Origin: a virus
DNA: 64,000 nucleotides
IMG/VR virus record: IMGVR_UViG_3300028607_002670
Reading direction: 5' to 3' (one strand)
Shown here: one piece after another, positions 25,480-33,372 of the stretch
How the letters are laid out: each line of letters opens with the position of its first letter
Position numbering within the stretch: the first letter of the stretch is position 1
The notes under the pieces: generated by a model
Told to the model about the DNA's origin: nothing
Database searches by the model: none
Seen by the model: only the letters and a program-made list of their open reading frames with translations
Program-made: the position numbers and the translations under genes

Positions 25480-26692
25480 CCCATTCTATATAGGATTTAC
25501 CCAAGACAATAAACTTAAACCCGTGCATAATGAATTGAGTAAATATTTCCCCAGTAACCACAAAAAAGAGTTGTGGGTTTTTATAACTGCTGCAGTAAGT
25601 CCTATAAAAAATAATTTATCTGGTAGTATATTCTCTATGAGAAAGGAGGACTACACAAAAGCCAATAAATTAAATAACAGTAAGATTAGTTACGTAAAGT
25701 GTAAGCGTATAATTGATAAACTTGATGAATTAGGTTACATAACTTTTTACAAGGGTTTTTATGACCACAGTGAAAGTTTAAGTTTAAAAAGTTGTTTTAT
25801 TATCAACGATAAATTAAGACTTTTGTTTGATAGAATTAATATAGAGAAAGTAGGTAGACCTTTACCTATAGAAACTTATGTAGAATTAAAAGATTCTAAA
25901 ACAAAGGAAATAATAACAGAACTCAGCAAACTTAAAGGTATTAAAAATAAAAGGGAATTAGTAAAGAAGTATAATGAGATGCTTTTGAAATTTGATATAA
26001 GGTGTAAGTCTCATCGGGTTTCTGCTGTATATAAAAGAGTGTTTACTGATCTACTTGATCTGCATGGTCGTTGGTATAGCCACGGTTCTTTCCAAACAAC
26101 CAGCTCTTTACTAAGACCTTTTATAACGATAAATGGAGTTAAGACTACAGAAGTAGATTTCAGGCAAATGCACCCTAGAATATTAATGGAGTTAGATGGT
26201 ATTAAAAAACCTATGACTTGGGAACCATATACCGATATTTCAGACATCACAGGAGGTTGTAAAAAGGAGTCAAGAACATTAAGCAAGTTTGCTCTTATGT
26301 GTCTACTTAATTGTGAGACTACAAGTAAGGCTAAGTCGGCTTTATTTAAATATTTCTGTGATGATAAAAATAAGGAAAATAAGGTAATACCAAGTTTAAA
26401 GTTACCTAAGGGTTCTGTAAATACAATATTTGAAAGACTCCTTGAGAAGAATAAAGAAATATCTCATTGGTTTGGGAAAGATAAGCTATGGGCTGTGTTG
26501 CAGCACTACGATTCTGAAATTGCATCTTTCATTATTGATAAGTTTATAAAACTTGGTAAATGTATACTTCCTTGGCATGACAGTTTTGTGGTGCAGGTGG
26601 GTGATAGAGATTTACTGATTAATATTATGAGAGAAGCATGGGAAAGTGTTTTAGGTAAACGAGATAATTGTTTTTACGATATTGAATTTTAA
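25421..26692 (+). CDS. miniature right-hand polymerase-like protein (PolA / T7-RNAP-type motifs)
   Basis: Motifs in canonical order (ORF-track numbering from GTG 25412): DLHGRWYS (D216), EVDFRQMHPRIL (D249), SRTLSKFALMCLLNC (R288, K292), LPWHDSFVV..LLINIMRE (D390). I prefer the ATG at 25421, 7 nt after GAAGGTG. Confidence 0.5.
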   Translation: MMNLKELSIEERTLITIGCDPFYIGFTQDNKLKPVHNELSKYFPSNHKKELWVFITAAVSPIKNNLSGSIFSMRKEDYTKANKLNNSKISYVKCKRIIDKLDELGYITFYKGFYDHSESLSLKSCFIINDKLRLLFDRINIEKVGRPLPIETYVELKDSKTKEIITELSKLKGIKNKRELVKKYNEMLLKFDIRCKSHRVSAVYKRVFTDLLDLHGRWYSHGSFQTTSSLLRPFITINGVKTTEVDFRQMHPRILMELDGIKKPMTWEPYTDISDITGGCKKESRTLSKFALMCLLNCETTSKAKSALFKYFCDDKNKENKVIPSLKLPKGSVNTIFERLLEKNKEISHWFGKDKLWAVLQHYDSEIASFIIDKFIKLGKCILPWHDSFVVQVGDRDLLINIMREAWESVLGKRDNCFYDIEF

Positions 26693-26713
26693 TAAGAAGA
26701 GAGGAAAATAAAA

Positions 26714-27661
26714 ATGAAATTAAAGAGTTTAGAAGGTGAAACTGTAATTTTTAGAGCTAAAATAGAAAGGATCTATCTAATTAAAAGCACATCTAGCAAA
26801 AATTACCCAAATAGATGGGCTGCCACATTGACAAATTTACGTTGTAAAGGTCAGCCAGTAAAACTAAACTGCCGTAATATGGAATTAGATGTAACTAAGC
26901 ATTATCACAATCTACTTAAAGGAGATGTAATAAAGTTCAAGAGTAAGGTATCTTTAAATGTTGATAATAGATTTAAAAATGTAAACAAGATTGAAATAGT
27001 AAAGTCCCCTCTTGTAGATAAAATAGGTAACGATTACTTTGAAACTTTATCGGAGGTTTGTGATAAGGTATCTACAAGGAAGAATGGAGATAAGTTAAAT
27101 ACAAAAATAAATAAAGAAGATGTTTTTCCTCTTATAGTTAAGAGTAATAGAGAGAATGGTACAGTATATACATTCACGTACTTACTTGAGAATATAAAAA
27201 TAGTAGGCTGGGGTTATAAGACATTATACAAGGAAATGTTATTTAAAAGTAAACCCGAGATGTATTTTGTATACCAATTAAAAAGAGGTGAAGATATTGT
27301 TTATGTAGGATCTAGCAAAGGATTAGGTAGTAGGCTAACCTCTCATAAGAAAGATAAAGATTTTGACCAAGTTCTTATCTGTTTGTGTAAGGATGAAGAA
27401 GATATGTTGATTCTTGAAAACGGAAAAATACAAGAACTTCAACCAGAATATAACAAAAGTATAAACCTTAAGTTAGCTCGTATCTATAAAGAAAGCCCAG
27501 ATCACATTTTTGAGAGCTTAGAAGACCACACTCTTGATTTTATCCCTTCTATACCTCTTCACAAAGAATTTGGATTTAATAATGAAGGTTATTGGTATGA
27601 AGTTCCGTTAGGTTTGTTCATAAGAAAAGAATTATGCCCTCTATCTTGGAAACCTACATAA
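26714..27661 (+). CDS. GIY-YIG nuclease domain protein with unrelated N-terminal (OB-like?) region
   Basis: MYFVYQLKRGEDIVYVGSSKGLGSRLTSH...LENGKIQELQPEYN gives GIY / YIG / catalytic R / E..N in order. Confidence 0.6.
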   Translation: MKLKSLEGETVIFRAKIERIYLIKSTSSKNYPNRWAATLTNLRCKGQPVKLNCRNMELDVTKHYHNLLKGDVIKFKSKVSLNVDNRFKNVNKIEIVKSPLVDKIGNDYFETLSEVCDKVSTRKNGDKLNTKINKEDVFPLIVKSNRENGTVYTFTYLLENIKIVGWGYKTLYKEMLFKSKPEMYFVYQLKRGEDIVYVGSSKGLGSRLTSHKKDKDFDQVLICLCKDEEDMLILENGKIQELQPEYNKSINLKLARIYKESPDHIFESLEDHTLDFIPSIPLHKEFGFNNEGYWYEVPLGLFIRKELCPLSWKPT

Positions 27662-27691
27662 ATTAAACTGTAAAATTAAATAGGAGAAACC

Positions 27692-27838
27692 ATGAAAGCA
27701 TTAAAAGGGAACCTAGCAAAAATAATACTATCTGATGAAAAGGGTAAAATTGCTATGAAAGAGTTTATTGCAAGCGGAGAATCTTCTGCAATAATAACTT
27801 TATCAAATAGTAAATCTTATCGAGTTTTTAATAAATAA
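27692..27838 (+). CDS. small protein (48 aa)
   Basis: My translation: MKALKGNLAKIILSDEKGKIAMKEFIASGESSAIITLSNSKSYRVFNK. TAGGAGAAACC precedes the ATG. Confidence 0.45.
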   Translation: MKALKGNLAKIILSDEKGKIAMKEFIASGESSAIITLSNSKSYRVFNK

Positions 27839-27851
27839 ATAGGAGAATATT

Positions 27852-28112
27852 ATGAGGAAACAAACTATTCATACGGTTAACGGCAGTAAGATAAAATTAT
27901 GGCACCCAAATAAAAACTCAGAAGGATACTCTATATCGTTTGCAAGTGGGGGTTGGATGTGTGGATTGTATGCAACCGTAGAAGCAGCGCTACTTGGTGC
28001 AAGCTATGATCTGGAGTGTAGTGAAGATTTTTATGAAATGCAGGAGAGGGTCAATTCTGTTTATAAAGAGAACAGATTAATAATTATTGAAGATATCATG
28101 AACCTTCCTTAA
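27852..28112 (+). CDS. hypothetical protein (86 aa)
   Basis: ORF track; TAGGAGAATATT precedes the ATG. Confidence 0.55.
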   Translation: MRKQTIHTVNGSKIKLWHPNKNSEGYSISFASGGWMCGLYATVEAALLGASYDLECSEDFYEMQERVNSVYKENRLIIIEDIMNLP

Positions 28113-28120
28113 AATAACCC

Positions 28121-28149
28121 TTGACACAACACAAAACCTTCCGTAGAAT
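28121..28149 (+). promoter_or_regulatory. sigma70-type promoter (TTGACA-17-TAGAAT)
   Basis: -35 at 28121..28126, -10 at 28144..28149. Confidence 0.6.
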
Positions 28150-28205
28150 CACCTCTATTGAAGGTTTTCTCGTTTCTGGGGAAGCTAATTATGAGGAGAA
28201 ATATT

Positions 28206-28391
28206 ATGAATAAAGATATGAACGGTCACCCATTATCAGAATACCAAGTGGTAGTTGATCCATACGGAAACCTTCTTACAGTGGAAACCTTCCTGCCAAG
28301 TGGTAATGTTAAATGCCGTAATGGTTGTGTATTTATCAACTGGGAGCCAGAACGGTTGAAACGTGTTAATTATACAGAGGACTTATTATGA
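28206..28391 (+). CDS. hypothetical protein (61 aa)
   Basis: I prefer the start at MNKDMNG (GAGGAGAAATATT upstream) over the track start 28158. Confidence 0.5.
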   Translation: MNKDMNGHPLSEYQVVVDPYGNLLTVETFLPSGNVKCRNGCVFINWEPERLKRVNYTEDLL

Positions 28392-28612
28392 AACTTATTA
28401 GACTATTCCAACAAGATGATTGTGCTCCAGATTCTTTGGAACATTTTGAAAGTAAACTTTATGAAGAAGTCGGTGTTTCTTTGAAAGGTTTTAAAGATCA
28501 AGGGGAATTTACTTGTGGACTTAACTTTATGGATTGGGTACTTGATGGTTATGTGTTGTCTGTTTCAGCAGAAGATCCTTTCTACCTTTTACAAAAGGAA
28601 CATATAACATGA
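28388..28612 (+). CDS. hypothetical protein (74 aa)
   Basis: ORF track; 4-nt overlaps. Confidence 0.5.
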   Translation: MKLIRLFQQDDCAPDSLEHFESKLYEEVGVSLKGFKDQGEFTCGLNFMDWVLDGYVLSVSAEDPFYLLQKEHIT

Positions 28613-28869
28613 AACAAGATTCAATTATCAAAAATAAACCCCTTTTAACGCAATCTCGATTGTTTTTAGAAGTATCAGGTGTCATCGGAAAGGTGGCTGC
28701 TTTAGAAGAGCTTACACTTGCTTACAGAGAGTATAAGTATTGGAAGGATAAAGAAGATTTTGACTGGAGTGTAACACTTCTAGACTCTTTCATTTGGGAG
28801 GGAACACCTCAAGGTTTTGAATACTGGGATAAGATTCGTACTGAGATAGTTAGAAGGGCACCTTTCTAA
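28609..28869 (+). CDS. hypothetical protein (86 aa)
   Basis: ORF track. Confidence 0.5.
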   Translation: MKQDSIIKNKPLLTQSRLFLEVSGVIGKVAALEELTLAYREYKYWKDKEDFDWSVTLLDSFIWEGTPQGFEYWDKIRTEIVRRAPF

Positions 28870-29054
28870 TGGACGATTACATTTACAAGGATAACGGAGT
28901 TTTCACCCGAACAGTGGAATCCATTCACAGAACACGTTTGGAAAAAGACGAATGTGCCTTGAAGGATTACATTTTCGAAAATTACAAACTTTCAGAAGAA
29001 GATATTATACTTTTCTTCCAAAGGTTTAATAATGTGAGGTTGAAGTTTTTGTAA
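28869..29054 (+). CDS. hypothetical protein (61 aa)
   Basis: ORF track. Confidence 0.45.
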   Translation: MDDYIYKDNGVFTRTVESIHRTRLEKDECALKDYIFENYKLSEEDIILFFQRFNNVRLKFL

Positions 29055-29161
29055 AAATTTGAATTCCCTTGTGGAAATACACAGTACGTAGATAAACTTA
29101 AAGGTGCAGTGGTTATTGTGTGCCAAGGGGATTACGTTTATGAATATTGGAGGGAGGAAGG

Positions 29162-29686
29162 ATGACGTTCCACGAACATATAAAACTTAGGGGTGGTGGA
29201 TTCTGCAAACAAAGGGTAAACTGTTTTGTAGATAGTGAAAATCAAATAATCACCTTTCCTTTGTGGACAACCAACGGTAAACTAGTAGGTTATCAGAGGT
29301 ATGATTGGAGAGCTGATAAATTAAGGAGTAACTCTACCAAAGGTAAATATTACACTTACCGTGATAAGAATATACTTTCCTGTTGGGGTGTTGATTGTAA
29401 CGATTTAACTTCAACAGAAGATTTATTTGTTGTGGAAGGGGTTTGGGATGCGATAAGTGTTATTAATACAGGTAGACGATGTGTAGCAGTGTTATCTAAT
29501 AACCCACAAAACCTCAAAGTTTGGTTCAGAACACTACCTTGTAAAACTATTGCATTGTGCGATGGAGATAAAGCAGGTAAAATGTTATCTAAAGTTTGTG
29601 ATAAATCTATAATTCTACCAGAAGGTGTAGATTGTAATGATATGACGTTGACAGTATTAGATAATTATTTAAAGGAGAATTTATGA
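29162..29686 (+). CDS. DnaG-type primase catalytic core (Toprim) lacking a zinc-finger domain
   Basis: IITFPLWTTNGKLVGYQRY......KGKYYTY (primase RNAP-domain pattern), then Toprim LFVVEGVWDAISV ... IALCDGDKAGKM (E ... DxD). Start at MTFHEH after GGAGGGAGGAAGG. Confidence 0.6.
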   Translation: MTFHEHIKLRGGGFCKQRVNCFVDSENQIITFPLWTTNGKLVGYQRYDWRADKLRSNSTKGKYYTYRDKNILSCWGVDCNDLTSTEDLFVVEGVWDAISVINTGRRCVAVLSNNPQNLKVWFRTLPCKTIALCDGDKAGKMLSKVCDKSIILPEGVDCNDMTLTVLDNYLKENL

Positions 29687-30162
29687 AACCAGTACAAGTG
29701 TTCAGCATAAATAAAGATGATGCTCAAGTATATCCAATGGTTACTGATATCGAATATGCGGATATGAGTTTCCTAGGAAGAGAGCCTTACGTTTTACAAC
29801 ACGGAGATAAAGTCTTTTTAGAAGATTATATCAATTATACGAGGACTCCTGTTATCGAATTTCATGATTGTGGAAGTGATATTTCATCCTATGTAAACTT
29901 TACTCCTGATTTGGATAAGTTTGTAAATGTTCTTTTGGAACAGAAAGCAACTTCCGTAGAATTTGAAATTTCCTCTCACTATCAGAAGAGACTTTCTGAA
30001 TTAAGTAAACAACTTAACAAAGTTATTTTTGAAAAGGAAACACTTGTTGAGAAGGATTATCAACGTAGACAAAGTGATATTAAACAAATGAATAATGATG
30101 TTAAACTAGTGGGATGGTTGTTGGCAGGTGTTATTACCTTAGCAGGAGTGTTATTTTTATGA
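29683..30162 (+). CDS. hypothetical protein with C-terminal TM anchor (159 aa)
   Basis: ORF track; C-terminus LVGWLLAGVITLAGVLFL. Confidence 0.5.
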   Translation: MKPVQVFSINKDDAQVYPMVTDIEYADMSFLGREPYVLQHGDKVFLEDYINYTRTPVIEFHDCGSDISSYVNFTPDLDKFVNVLLEQKATSVEFEISSHYQKRLSELSKQLNKVIFEKETLVEKDYQRRQSDIKQMNNDVKLVGWLLAGVITLAGVLFL

Positions 30163-30196
30163 AAGTGAGAGATGATATTATTAAAGAGGAGAAAAC

Positions 30197-30913
30197 ATGA
30201 TAGAAGTATTTGATTTTGAGGCAACAGGATTAGGTGATCCGAAAGCAACTCAAATTGGTAAATGTCGATTGGATAAGAAATACCAACTTATCAAAAGTAC
30301 ATGTAAAAGTAGTTACATCAATCCAGAAAAGGATATCACATGGGGTGCAATGGGAATCACAGGTATCACAAATGAAATGGTGGCAAATAAACCTACTATT
30401 GATAAAGTGTTACCTAAGTTTAAAATCCACCCTTCAACAAAATATGTAGTTTGCCACAATATGTCATTTGATGAAAAGTTCTTTCCAGAAGGGTTTATTC
30501 CTGATGATGTGAAATTGTTATGCACTTTGAAACTAGCGAGGAAACTTATACCCAAAGGTGAATCTGGTGATCATAAAAACACCACTTTATTTTATTATCT
30601 GAGTTGCCACAAAGACCCTTTTGGCAAGGAGTTTATTGAGAAGGCGCACGATTCTTTGTCAGATGTTTTGATGACAGCTAACGTATTGGTTGCCATGTTG
30701 GAAAAGTATAATCTCACTATTGACGAAGCGTATACACTTATTGCACCAAAGGTTAATAATATTGAAGTGTGTGATTTCAACAAGTATAAAGACCAAGGTA
30801 AGAAGTGGGTTGATTTGGTGCAGGAGGATCTTTCTTATGTACAATGGTTACTTGCCAATGTGAAATGGAATGATGAAAAGGAGCAAGCATTTGTTGAAAG
30901 CTTGATTAATTAA
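30197..30913 (+). CDS. DnaQ/epsilon-like 3'-5' exonuclease (DEDDh)
   Basis: Exo I FDFEATGL, Exo II VVCHNMSFDEKF, Exo III AHDSLSDVLMTANV. Confidence 0.8.
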   Translation: MIEVFDFEATGLGDPKATQIGKCRLDKKYQLIKSTCKSSYINPEKDITWGAMGITGITNEMVANKPTIDKVLPKFKIHPSTKYVVCHNMSFDEKFFPEGFIPDDVKLLCTLKLARKLIPKGESGDHKNTTLFYYLSCHKDPFGKEFIEKAHDSLSDVLMTANVLVAMLEKYNLTIDEAYTLIAPKVNNIEVCDFNKYKDQGKKWVDLVQEDLSYVQWLLANVKWNDEKEQAFVESLIN

Positions 30914-30934
30914 ATATAGTTTAACTAAGGATAG

Positions 30935-30962
30935 TTGACAACATTTCAAATTAGTGTATACT
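30935..30962 (+). promoter_or_regulatory. sigma70-type promoter (TTGACA-16-TATACT) driving the leader + tRNA cluster
   Basis: -35 at 30935..30940, -10 at 30957..30962. Confidence 0.55.
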
Positions 30963-31171
30963 TAATCGTATAAGGTGAATTGTGCAGCAGGATTTGACTT
31001 TGCACCTAAATTCATCACAATGTAACTAACATCGGTTACTTCTGTAAAAGGGAGTGGATTTGGTTACATGGAGAATACCTTAGGAACCGTTGTCTTTATT
31101 GGCATCAGGTGTCTTTATGCAAGAGTTAACCCGACTTGCACAAGTTTCGCTGCTTGGATAGGGTTATTTTC

Positions 31172-31248
31172 GGGACATTAGCTCAATTGGACAGAGCAAG
31201 GTGTTTCTACCGCCTAGGTTGCAGATTCGAGTTCTGCATGTCCCACCA
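31172..31248 (+). tRNA. tRNA-Arg (anticodon UCU)
   Basis: Hand-folded cloverleaf: GGGACAT/ATGTCCC acceptor, GCTC-AATTGGACA-GAGC D arm, AGGTG-TTTCTAC-CGCCT anticodon arm, AGGTT variable loop, GCAGA-TTCGAGT-TCTGC T arm, A + encoded CCA. Confidence 0.85.
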
Positions 31249-31252
31249 CATT

Positions 31253-31327
31253 GCGAGATTAGTTTAATTGGTAAAATAGTAGCCTTCCAAGCTTCAGTCA
31301 TGGGATCGTAACCCATATCTCGCTCCA
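31253..31327 (+). tRNA. tRNA-Gly (anticodon UCC)
   Basis: GCGAGAT/ATCTCGC acceptor, GTTT-AATTGGTA-AAAT D arm, GTAGC-CTTCCAA-GCTTC anticodon arm (one T-T mismatch), ATGGG-ATCGTAA-CCCAT T arm (atypical loop), T + encoded CCA. Confidence 0.7.
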
Positions 31328-31329
31328 AT

Positions 31330-31359
31330 TTGACACACACTTAAACAAAGTGTTATAAT
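31330..31359 (+). promoter_or_regulatory. sigma70-type promoter (TTGACA-18-TATAAT with TGT extension)
   Basis: -35 at 31330..31335, -10 at 31354..31359. Confidence 0.5.
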
Positions 31360-31503
31360 ACTCATACAAACAGAGATACATTAATAAAGATTTCATAATA
31401 CTATTTTCATAATAGACCTCCTCAAGAGCCTTGTGCTCTTTATTAATATATTTTACAATAATAAGAGCTGTTTTAACAGCCTTCCAAATTCAAGAGGTAT
31501 TCC

Positions 31504-31785
31504 ATGTGTAGATGTGTAAGCTGCAACAAAGAATTACCACGCACCAGACAATTCAAGAAAATAGTAGTCCCACATAAAACTAATCCGAATAAAGTCACTA
31601 AGATCACATTAGATGGTAGCAATGGTAATTATCCGATCGTAGAAGAAGATATGTGCTCACGTTGTCAATCTTCAACAGGTAGCGATTATTCTGAGTATGA
31701 AGGTATTCATGAAAGTGAGTATGATTTGATGGAAGAGATTGCTACTTTGATTGAAGTGAATATTGATAGAAGTGTAGATTACTAA
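31504..31785 (+). CDS. zinc-ribbon protein (93 aa)
   Basis: CVSCNKEL ... CSRCQS gives two CxxC pairs. Confidence 0.5.
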   Translation: MCRCVSCNKELPRTRQFKKIVVPHKTNPNKVTKITLDGSNGNYPIVEEDMCSRCQSSTGSDYSEYEGIHESEYDLMEEIATLIEVNIDRSVDY

Positions 31786-31797
31786 AAGGAAATCCTT

Positions 31798-32307
31798 ATG
31801 GCAGATGATAAAACCAACAAAGGTGGTGCTCCTTTATTAGAAGATCAAATGAAGAATGCTCATCAGATAGCTTATGTACGTGTACAAAAACGTATGGCAA
31901 AACTTTCTGGTAAGAGTATGGACATTTTAGAAAGACTTGTTTTAGATATTGATGAAAGTACTGATCCTGCTAACATAGGTAAGGCTAATATTGTACAAGT
32001 ACAGAATCCTAATTTTGATGCATCTAAGAAACCTTCTAAAGATAATCCTATGTTCCTAAATGAATATGTTCCAGCATATAATCCAACTAAGTACAAAGAG
32101 AACACACAGTTAACAGTGGTATCTAAAGTGTTGGATAATAATAATGCTTTTGAAAAGGAACAGAAAGCTTTAGCAGAGGCAGAGCGTAAACTTAAACTTG
32201 CTCAAGAGAAAGCTAATTCTAACCTTGAGGAAGAAGAAATTGATGAAGAGTTTGCCCCTTATTTAGATATTCAATTTGATAATGATGAACCTTCTTCTGT
32301 AAACTGA
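31798..32307 (+). CDS. hypothetical protein (169 aa); small-terminase candidate by position only
   Basis: ORF track; charged helical protein upstream of the packaging genes. No motif support. Confidence 0.25.
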   Translation: MADDKTNKGGAPLLEDQMKNAHQIAYVRVQKRMAKLSGKSMDILERLVLDIDESTDPANIGKANIVQVQNPNFDASKKPSKDNPMFLNEYVPAYNPTKYKENTQLTVVSKVLDNNNAFEKEQKALAEAERKLKLAQEKANSNLEEEEIDEEFAPYLDIQFDNDEPSSVN

Positions 32308-32432
32308 TTACATTTATAAAAATTTCCCTACTATATTAAAATAATAATTCTAAAAACTTTTCATAAAAAGAAGACTTCCAAGTCTCTCCTCGTACCATTC
32401 CACATGGTGCATCCCTTTTAAGGGAACCCTCA

Positions 32433-32468
32433 AGCCCCAGTCGCCTCTCCTCGGCTGGGGCTTTTTCT
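32433..32468 (+). terminator. rho-independent terminator
   Basis: AGCCCCAG...CTGGGGCT stem followed by TTTTCTT. Confidence 0.7.
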
Positions 32469-32478
32469 TGCCTAAAAT

Positions 32479-32507
32479 TTGACATACTTTAATAATAGGA
32501 ATATAAT
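32479..32507 (+). promoter_or_regulatory. consensus sigma70 promoter (TTGACA-17-TATAAT)
   Basis: -35 at 32479..32484, -10 at 32502..32507. Confidence 0.65.
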
Positions 32508-32542
32508 CCTCACAATTAGATGTCTAAGAGAGCGACAGAGCA

Positions 32543-32968
32543 ATGAACAAACTTAACGAGTATGATTACACCACTTACTGTGAAATAACGTTCCACACGC
32601 CTCAATATAACGGTATTCCTCATTATATTTATTCAAGGCAAGGGAATTTATTAGCCGAGATATGTCCTGAAGGTAAGCTTACTATTTACAGAGGGTATAG
32701 TTGGAATGTTTGGAGATGTATTGGAGAAGAGGAGATCACTGTTCATGGCGAAAGTGTGATGTATTTGCCAAGTTTAGTGTTAGACGTTTTACGCCAAATG
32801 TATAGACATTCTCACGGATTGGACGGTTATGATAAGATCACCATTCACAAATATTATAAACAACTTATGAAAGAGTGTGGACTTTGTAAAGGAAAAACTT
32901 TTATAAATTATTCTTTTGTGAGAATAGCTGCTTTTTGGCGTAAGGTGAGTTGCAAGTGGAGGTGTTGA
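32543..32968 (+). CDS. hypothetical protein (141 aa)
   Basis: ORF track. Confidence 0.5.
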   Translation: MNKLNEYDYTTYCEITFHTPQYNGIPHYIYSRQGNLLAEICPEGKLTIYRGYSWNVWRCIGEEEITVHGESVMYLPSLVLDVLRQMYRHSHGLDGYDKITIHKYYKQLMKECGLCKGKTFINYSFVRIAAFWRKVSCKWRC

Positions 32969-32993
32969 CTTTGTTGGGATGGTGTGGTAGTAT
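32965..32993 (+). promoter_or_regulatory. sigma70-type promoter (TTGACT-17-TAGTAT)
   Basis: -35 at 32965..32970, -10 at 32988..32993. Confidence 0.45.
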
Positions 32994-33044
32994 TGGGTAA
33001 ATGATGATAGTTTTTAATAATGTTAATTTTATGGGGAGAGGAAT

Positions 33045-33356
33045 ATGAAAGAGTTTAAATTTATGAATGGTTGTGAATTAGAAGCAACAAAAGAAGTGTT
33101 TCAACTTTTAGAAGGTAATCCGTTTTGCCATACATGGGGTATGTATAGAGAAGGTGATTTGGAAAAGGTTTGTATTTGTTTCAAGGATATTTCAGGAGAA
33201 GAGTATTTACTGGAATGGTACAGCAATCAAGAAGACCTTTTTGAAGTTTATTCTGATTTAACAGATATTGATTTGGGTATGGAGTTTTATGATTATAAAC
33301 TTGTCAAGGATGTAGTAAATTACCTAAACAGTTTACCACACTTTAGAAAGATTTAG
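33045..33356 (+). CDS. hypothetical protein (103 aa)
   Basis: ORF track; GGGGAGAGGAAT precedes the ATG. Confidence 0.55.
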   Translation: MKEFKFMNGCELEATKEVFQLLEGNPFCHTWGMYREGDLEKVCICFKDISGEEYLLEWYSNQEDLFEVYSDLTDIDLGMEFYDYKLVKDVVNYLNSLPHFRKI

Positions 33357-33372
33357 TCTTGGAGGAGTAGAT

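Noticed and set aside
31068-31184. 38-codon ORF (MENTLGTVVFIGIRC...) in the tRNA leader
   Set aside because: It has a poor ribosome-binding site and its 3' end overlaps tRNA-Arg. A structured-RNA reading seems more likely.
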